This document shows positions 17,514 to 17,638 of a stretch of DNA of 17,638 bases, piece by piece. The notes beneath the pieces were generated by a model. The model did not search any database. It saw only the letters and a program-made list of their open reading frames with translations, and was not told the DNA's origin. Each line of letters starts with the position of its first letter. Within the stretch, counting starts at the first letter, position 1. Source of the stretch: Methanoregula sp. (GTDB taxonomy: Archaea; Halobacteriota; Methanomicrobia; Methanomicrobiales; Methanospirillaceae); contig JBDKTL010000006.1 in NCBI GenBank assembly GCA_039698055.1, forward strand, positions 1-17,638. The letters are read 5' to 3'. A program made the translations under genes and the position numbers.

Positions 17514-17638
17514 TGTAGTATCCCGAAATCATTTGACATCGAATCTAAATATCGATGTGAGTAAGTTATCAGATCGAGACATTGCGAGAATGATCAAGCA
17601 ATGGCTGAGGGGAAAGCCGGTTGCCGAGATATCTCGTG
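17514..17638 (+). mobile_element. Left end of a probable IS481-family insertion sequence, truncated by the window end
   Basis: Begins TGTAGTATCCCGAAAT (IS481-family ends start with TGT). It is followed 43 nt later by an ORF with an HTH-like N-terminus. Confidence 0.6.
17557..17638 (+). CDS. Probable transposase N-terminus (3' partial)
   Basis: GTG start gives MSKLSDRDIARMIKQWLRGKPVAEISR, an HTH-like opening resembling archaeal IS481 transposases. The frame is open to the window end. Confidence 0.6.
   Translation, partial: MSKLSDRDIARMIKQWLRGKPVAEISR

Overview
Archaeal chromosomal segment. Gene content and signal-peptide style point to a hydrogenotrophic methanogen of the Methanomicrobiales, probably Methanoregula-like (inference). 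Both ends run into insertion sequences: the 3' end of an IS5-family (IS903-like) element on the left and the 5' end of a probable IS481-family element on the right. The left and middle part is mostly housekeeping: a siroheme/4Fe-4S sulfite/nitrite-reductase-like protein, glyS, Hef helicase-nuclease, UPF0148, UPF0147, ilvD and cbiA. The right part is mainly cell-surface genes: a COG1361-like S-layer-domain protein, a lipoprotein, a 7-repeat beta-propeller/PKD/PGF-pre-PGF protein and a lone archaellin. tRNA-Arg(GCG) and a stand-alone receiver protein lie among them. I see no clear multi-gene novel system. The best unexplained signals are (1) a GC-rich, multi-hairpin non-coding element between glyS and hef, (2) an unusual RRWWxxRQNPALF cytoplasmic tail where a PGF-CTERM signal would be expected, (3) a transposase that reads through its own terminal repeat, and (4) a 55-aa ORF whose stop overlaps the cbiA start. 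All family assignments come from motif recognition, not database searches.
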